Shown here in pieces: positions 45,820-50,776 of a stretch of DNA of 50,776 nt. The notes under the pieces are model-generated. The model was not told the origin of the DNA, did not search any database, and saw nothing but the letters and a program-made list of their open reading frames with translations. The position numbers and the translations under genes were made by a program. The stretch's first letter is position 1; each line of letters begins with the position of its first letter. The stretch is from a virus (Duplodnaviria > Caudoviricetes), in IMG/VR virus record IMGVR_UViG_3300011115_000265, positions 1-50,776 of that record; one strand, given 5' to 3'.

Positions 45820-46306
45820 GATTCTTTTCCTTTAATGCTTGTTCAATAGCACGAGCAAATTTAGTAGCCAGTTCTTCAACATAATAATCACCAAGCGTTA
45901 CATCATCAATTGCTCTTATCTCATCATCACTTAATCCTTGCCATGATGGTGCAGGGTGGGTGTAGAGTGGAGTTTTATGTGGAATATTTTTAACTACCAT
46001 CTGCCCTATATACCCATCTTGCATTGAATAAACTATTGCCACAGGTTCTTGTTCTGGCTGTTCTGCTTCCCATCCTTCACATTCACAAACATACCTTCCT
46101 GCACTATGGCTTGCATCTCTACAAAATCCATGTGGCGCATCAGGATGATTGCTACATTCAGGCTCTTGTGCTGGCTGTTCTAATGCTTTTTTACAGGCTG
46201 GTATTGCATCTTTTACTAACAAATAATAAGTTGGTTGTACTAAATCTTCATCTATACATTCCAACGCTTTAATCGCCATTTTTAATGCTTCAGTTTGTTT
46301 GTTCAT
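45812..46306 (-). CDS. Hypothetical protein, 'DEALKMAI' modular family
   Basis: Family blocks plus a CSNHPDAPHGF...YVCECEGW insert. Confidence 0.75.
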   Translation of the reverse strand: MNKQTEALKMAIKALECIDEDLVQPTYYLLVKDAIPACKKALEQPAQEPECSNHPDAPHGFCRDASHSAGRYVCECEGWEAEQPEQEPVAIVYSMQDGYIGQMVVKNIPHKTPLYTHPAPSWQGLSDDEIRAIDDVTLGDYYVEELATKFARAIEQALKEKNHG

Positions 46307-47081
46307 TTAAGTATTCCTTGAATGCATTTACATATTTATCAAGAGTAGTACCAAATAAACCTGGTGCAGTATTAACTTCAAATAAGAAAGCTTTATCATC
46401 ACGTTCTCTATACCCAATATCACATGCACCAAAGTCTAACCCTAATATTGTAACAGCTTTTACTGCCGCTGTCAAGACACAATCAGGGGGAGTAACATCA
46501 CATCGAGCATAGATCCAGCCATTAGAATGGTTGCGAATACCAGTGCTAGGCCCAGAGTATCCAAGTTTACGTTTCTTTTGTTGAACATCAATTACATTTC
46601 CTTTAAATACATGAATACGATATTCATGTTTATGTTTAGTACCAAGAGTATACAGAGGTGCTTCTACTAATTCATAAGTGTTTTTAGCAATTACTATACC
46701 AGAACCAGAGTGCCCTGTCAAGGAAGTTCGGCAATAGATAGCTTCTTTACCGAGGGTTTCACCACCATTGGTTGCAGTATAAAGTAATGTAGAAGCTTGG
46801 TACCTAGATGTACACCACTCAGGTAAGTATTCAAAACCTGCAGCTTGCAATGTCTCAAATGTTTTAAGTTTGTTACATGCTAATGCAATAGCTGTATGGC
46901 TATTAAGATCATGAAGAGCAGGAAGAATAGCGCTTGGACGAGAATTACCCCAGTTAATAATGATATCACGTCTACGTGCATCATATGTAGAACGTACACG
47001 TTTGACTCCTAGACTACTAGCCAAAGACTTAGCAGAGAGTGAGCCTAGCTTATATGGAAATACTTTAAAACGATAAGTCAT
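46290..47081 (-). CDS. ATP-grasp ligase, allele B
   Basis: Same motifs as 634-1389 (IINWG, EYRIHVF, LGLDFGACD, FEVNTAPG). Confidence 0.85.
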   Translation of the reverse strand: MTYRFKVFPYKLGSLSAKSLASSLGVKRVRSTYDARRRDIIINWGNSRPSAILPALHDLNSHTAIALACNKLKTFETLQAAGFEYLPEWCTSRYQASTLLYTATNGGETLGKEAIYCRTSLTGHSGSGIVIAKNTYELVEAPLYTLGTKHKHEYRIHVFKGNVIDVQQKKRKLGYSGPSTGIRNHSNGWIYARCDVTPPDCVLTAAVKAVTILGLDFGACDIGYRERDDKAFLFEVNTAPGLFGTTLDKYVNAFKEYLNEQTN

Positions 47082-47346
47082 TATCCAATCCTTTATGTCT
47101 GTTAGTAAATTTAGTATTTAATTGTACCACTTTTCTACAAACTAAAACTTTATTTTTATCATGCAAATTACCAGTGAATAGCTCTAAGTGTTTCTTTTCT
47201 ACCCACCAAGAAGGTTCATCTAAATACAATGATTCTTTATCAACTCTAATAACAGTATAGATATCATTAAGTTTAAGTTTATGGTTGTGTTCCCCATCAA
47301 AACAAGGTGATACATATATAACAAGATCTCCCACTTTATATTGCAT
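47065..47346 (-). CDS. SH3-like family member
   Basis: YKVGDLV start, WWV, VCRKVVQLNTKF tail. Confidence 0.6.
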   Translation of the reverse strand: MQYKVGDLVIYVSPCFDGEHNHKLKLNDIYTVIRVDKESLYLDEPSWWVEKKHLELFTGNLHDKNKVLVCRKVVQLNTKFTNRHKGLDNDLSF

Positions 47347-47662
47347 AACCTTTTACCTTTCGTTTAGCTTGCATTTTATTTATCTTTTCACATACCTTTT
47401 TATATTTGGTATTAGGATCTAATAAAGTAGTAGCAGGTTTATGAAGTTTAACTTCATGACCCCGAACATTCCATTGATTAGGCCCTGCAGTATCTCTATA
47501 GGTACCTTCACCTGGATACTCCCATTGAATCTCATAGATAGCAGTTACAGCATCACTCCATCTATGAGTAATAGTACCTATATTGTTTTTACCTACCTTT
47601 GATATACAATTGCTAGATACAGGTGTAACTAAGTCACCAATTTCTAATACTTCAAAAGTCAT
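47336..47662 (-). CDS. SH3-like family member
   Basis: IGDLV start, WNV, DP..KYKKVCEKINKM tail. Confidence 0.6.
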   Translation of the reverse strand: MTFEVLEIGDLVTPVSSNCISKVGKNNIGTITHRWSDAVTAIYEIQWEYPGEGTYRDTAGPNQWNVRGHEVKLHKPATTLLDPNTKYKKVCEKINKMQAKRKVKGYAI

Positions 47663-47951
47663 AGCCAAGCTCCTTACGTTTTTGATATAGTTGTTGAACC
47701 TTAAGATTAACTTTAAAATTCTTAGGCATCTCTTTAAGATTTAAACTTCCTACTTTACTAAACAATTCTGCCATGTCATTACTAATATACAAGTCATGAA
47801 AGGCTTCATAAGTTCCATCATCTTTTACATGATTTAGATTTAAAATAGAAAAACCTTTAGGCTTTTTATAAATACTATTTACAACATACTTATTAAAATT
47901 TCCTAAAGCATCTTTATAACTAATAAGATCATAGAGTTGAAAAGCATTCAT
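47652..47951 (-). CDS. SH3-like family member (divergent)
   Basis: FQLYDLI start, FKVNLKVQQLYQKRK tail; GGAG RBS. Confidence 0.55.
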   Translation of the reverse strand: MNAFQLYDLISYKDALGNFNKYVVNSIYKKPKGFSILNLNHVKDDGTYEAFHDLYISNDMAELFSKVGSLNLKEMPKNFKVNLKVQQLYQKRKELGYDF

Positions 47952-47952
47952 A

Positions 47953-48876
47953 CTAAACTCCCCAGAAATCTGCCGTTGTTCGTTCCCAATATTCTGAATT
48001 GGTTTCCATGCGAGGCTTGATATCATAAGCTTCATCATAGAAATCTAACTTAGCAAACGGTACGTTGTATGCAAAGGCATCATCCTCATCGCTCATTAAG
48101 TCAGCAGTATAGTTAGAGTTGACAGCAACTACTTCGAAGATTCTACCACGTTTGTATAAAGTCTTGGTTTCTTTTTCCCAATGTGCAGTAATCAAGCGAA
48201 CTAACTCACCTTCTTTAACTACCATGTTAGCATGGACTTTAGTTGGTGGTGGTAAAGCAGGAGCTTTTGGTGCATTATCTACATATCCACCATACTTATA
48301 GTAAGAACTAATTGGTGGAATAGTACGACTAACTACAGGACTAGGCTTATAACTAGAGTTAGAATACCATACTTCATCATCCCAAACACCTTTGTTTTCG
48401 TTGAAGATCTCGTGTTTTCCCTGACGATCTAAGAAGATAAGCTTGGAATAACCAATGCGTTCTTCGATAAGATGTTTGATAGCAGGCTCAAACAAAGATA
48501 GATTACCCCACTTACTTACTAAAGGTTTAAGAATTAGATTATTAAAGTCACGAGTATCAGAGATGTCACCTTCACCATATCCAGAGATAACACCATTGTG
48601 TACAAAGCCTAAGCTATTAGTAATCTCAAATGGATGACAGTTATCTACACTAATAGAACCGTGAGTCTTGATACGGAAATGAATAACACATTTCTTAAGC
48701 TCATGTTGTTGGTATGCTTGCCAGAAATCATCGAACTTAAAGAAACCTTTTTGTACTTTAAGTTGTTTGTTATCTACATACATAAACCCAGCACCATCAG
48801 GATTAGAGTTGAAGCATTGAAGTAAACGATCTTTAGAGATAGTTAAGTTTTTATCTTTCCAAATAGCGATGCACAT
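47953..48876 (-). CDS. Class II glutamine amidotransferase, allele B
   Basis: MCIAI, NPDGAG, HFRIKTHG, NCHPF, HNGVI and SDT motifs. Confidence 0.9.
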   Translation of the reverse strand: MCIAIWKDKNLTISKDRLLQCFNSNPDGAGFMYVDNKQLKVQKGFFKFDDFWQAYQQHELKKCVIHFRIKTHGSISVDNCHPFEITNSLGFVHNGVISGYGEGDISDTRDFNNLILKPLVSKWGNLSLFEPAIKHLIEERIGYSKLIFLDRQGKHEIFNENKGVWDDEVWYSNSSYKPSPVVSRTIPPISSYYKYGGYVDNAPKAPALPPPTKVHANMVVKEGELVRLITAHWEKETKTLYKRGRIFEVVAVNSNYTADLMSDEDDAFAYNVPFAKLDFYDEAYDIKPRMETNSEYWERTTADFWGV

Positions 48877-48877
48877 A

Positions 48878-50395
48878 TTAGTTGTATCCTTTCAATTTAG
48901 CTACTAATTCTGGGTAATCTTTACGACGAGGCATAACCCATGACATAAAGGTAGTATGATTTGTTTGAAGCTTAAGACTTGCACCACATTGTGCAGGTTT
49001 AGCATAGTCAACAAGAGCTTGACAGAACTGAACCTTATGTGCAAAGTCTTCATAAGATAATGGAGAACTAAAGACACGGAACTCAATCGTTGCGTCATTC
49101 TGTAAGTTTAATGAATTGTAACGATCACCACGTTGATTTGTCCAAGGGAAAGTAACTGTACGACCCCTACTTAAAGCACAGTAGTGATTAATCTTACGAC
49201 CTGCAATGAACTCAATAAACTTACGATTCTCTTCCCTGTTCATGAACTCTGTCAACTTACCTACTGTAAGGACAGATAAAGGTTTGCGAGATACATGCAC
49301 ATGCATACCTGTGTTAGCTTTAGCTTCTAATTCTTCTGGACGATTGTCAAAGAATTTCTTGAAGACTTCTAACTGAATATCCATAGTAGCAGGACATGTA
49401 ACAATCTCGAAGCCATGACTAATAGAACCATCTGATTTCATAATAGCATGGCCATTAAGAGCACGACCAACTTTCATACGAGCTGAGTCATAGTCAGTAG
49501 TTTCATACTCAAGTTCACATCCTAAGTACAATGTATTAGGTGTAACTTTCTTAGCTTTGAACTTAAGTAAATTAGGAACACGAGTGCTATAACTATGAAC
49601 TTTGTAAGCAGCACTTGAACAGATAGTACAATGAGTTGTAAATGAATCAATAGCACCTACTGGAACATCGTCACGACCACAACTTGGGCATGTACATACA
49701 CCAGCAGAACGAGGAAACACTTGACGATTGAATACAACATCATCATCTGTATGCCAAATGTTACCATCACTATGTCTTATGTAGCCATGATCTGCAAGAC
49801 TAACACCATTTGTAATATAGTAAAATGTATTTCTAATATTTACTTTTTGAAATGCACCACCTAAAAGATATTGACCTGTCAAACAACATACTTTGAAACG
49901 TCGAGATAACTTTGATGGTAGATTATCATTAATCCATTTGTAATGTTCTAGAGTACCAACTTCATGACCTGATAATCTAATAGCATCTTCTAGTATTTCT
50001 TTATGAATTTCTTCTAGAAGATACTCAGTAACTTTAATTCTGTATATTCCAGAATCATTTAATCGTTTGTATAATGTTTCGTAGTGATGTCTAAAGATAC
50101 GACCACGACGATTTTTTAGTGTATCTGGAGGTGTGATTAGATAATATAAACTATCTAAGAGACCATTAATATTTCTACAATTAATATCTAGAGCAAGTAG
50201 AGCATCATGATTTACATCTTCAGTAAAATACTGCCAGCTATTGTAGTATACAATACTAAATAATAATGTATCATTTTGATAGAAAGAATGCTTTTTACCT
50301 CTACCATTGTTTTCTGATTTTACAGAGATACCCAAAGAATTTTCTTTGAATGTAAACCCATCTGCTGCAAATTTCTTCATGTCATACAATTTCAT
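48878..50395 (-). CDS. Putative amidoligase, allele B
   Basis: GCELE, DGSI, GFEIVT, GMHVHVS, RYNSLN and TIEFRVF motifs. Confidence 0.85.
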   Translation of the reverse strand: MKLYDMKKFAADGFTFKENSLGISVKSENNGRGKKHSFYQNDTLLFSIVYYNSWQYFTEDVNHDALLALDINCRNINGLLDSLYYLITPPDTLKNRRGRIFRHHYETLYKRLNDSGIYRIKVTEYLLEEIHKEILEDAIRLSGHEVGTLEHYKWINDNLPSKLSRRFKVCCLTGQYLLGGAFQKVNIRNTFYYITNGVSLADHGYIRHSDGNIWHTDDDVVFNRQVFPRSAGVCTCPSCGRDDVPVGAIDSFTTHCTICSSAAYKVHSYSTRVPNLLKFKAKKVTPNTLYLGCELEYETTDYDSARMKVGRALNGHAIMKSDGSISHGFEIVTCPATMDIQLEVFKKFFDNRPEELEAKANTGMHVHVSRKPLSVLTVGKLTEFMNREENRKFIEFIAGRKINHYCALSRGRTVTFPWTNQRGDRYNSLNLQNDATIEFRVFSSPLSYEDFAHKVQFCQALVDYAKPAQCGASLKLQTNHTTFMSWVMPRRKDYPELVAKLKGYN

Positions 50396-50567
50396 TGTAA
50401 TTACTCCTTAGTTTAGATTTATAACTACGCTTCAAACTCCAAATAGTTTTTACTAAATTTGGTTTACTAAATTCAGCTTTTCTATTTGGAAACTTTTCAT
50501 ACACTTTAAAGTACCAGAAACAGAACTCTTCATTAAGTGTATCATAATTCAATTTAGAGATACTCAT
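50382..50567 (-). CDS. Hypothetical protein, counterpart of 4549-4740
   Basis: Start trimmed to MSISKLNY; similar aromatic pattern. Confidence 0.55.
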   Translation of the reverse strand: MSISKLNYDTLNEEFCFWYFKVYEKFPNRKAEFSKPNLVKTIWSLKRSYKSKLRSNYNEIV

Positions 50568-50776
50568 GGTGATTTCCAAATATCTTCTAGTGTCCAATAT
50601 ATAAATACTACAGGAACCCATAATGGACTAGTTATTAATATTAAGCATAACTTTTGTTTATTAGAGAACTTCATTATAAGACTTTCCATATATTTGATTG
50701 AGGTATGACCGACCTTACCCAGGTTTACCAGGTTATTTACGACCAGCCATTTCGTTTTATATACACAAATGCTACT

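Noticed and set aside
45380-47081. pqqA copy 2 as a RiPP precursor for the nearby ATP-grasp ligase
   Set aside because: Opposite strand with its own promoter, copy 1 lies far from the ligase operon, and the peptide is a canonical PqqA.
45163-50776. Genuine intragenomic duplication of the ligase operon
   Set aside because: The exact 127-nt junction at the contig start and the collinear divergent content fit an assembly branch between related phages better. Not excluded without reads.

Overview
This window is a near-complete genome of a dsDNA tailed phage with a podovirus-type virion module. No integrase, repressor or RNA polymerase is recognisable, so it is probably lytic. The first 127 nt recur exactly at 45036-45162. 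This suggests a circular unit of about 45,035 bp, followed by about 5.6 kb (45163-50776) that is a divergent, syntenic alternative version of the early region, most likely from a related phage joined by the assembler. The plus strand (6695-32615) carries terminases, portal, GroES, scaffold, capsid, tail and fibre genes, ejection proteins and an M15 endolysin. The minus strand carries a class II RNR, nucleases, SSB, a two-gene family A DNA polymerase, helicase, primase and an amidoligase / glutamine amidotransferase / ATP-grasp operon. Main points of interest: (1) two promoter-equipped pqqA precursor-peptide genes missed by the ORF track, pointing to a Methylophilaceae host; (2) the peptide-ligase operon is present as two alleles, with hypervariable amidoligase N-termini and a variable number of small SH3-like paralogues; (3) a ~260-nt rod-like fold-back covers the RBS and start codon of the first early gene, next to DnaA/IHF/NrdR-like boxes; (4) a -1 frameshift at GCA-AAG falls inside polymerase motif A; (5) a small three-way-junction RNA-like motif occurs twice. 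All calls come from reading motifs by eye, with no database search or folding program run.
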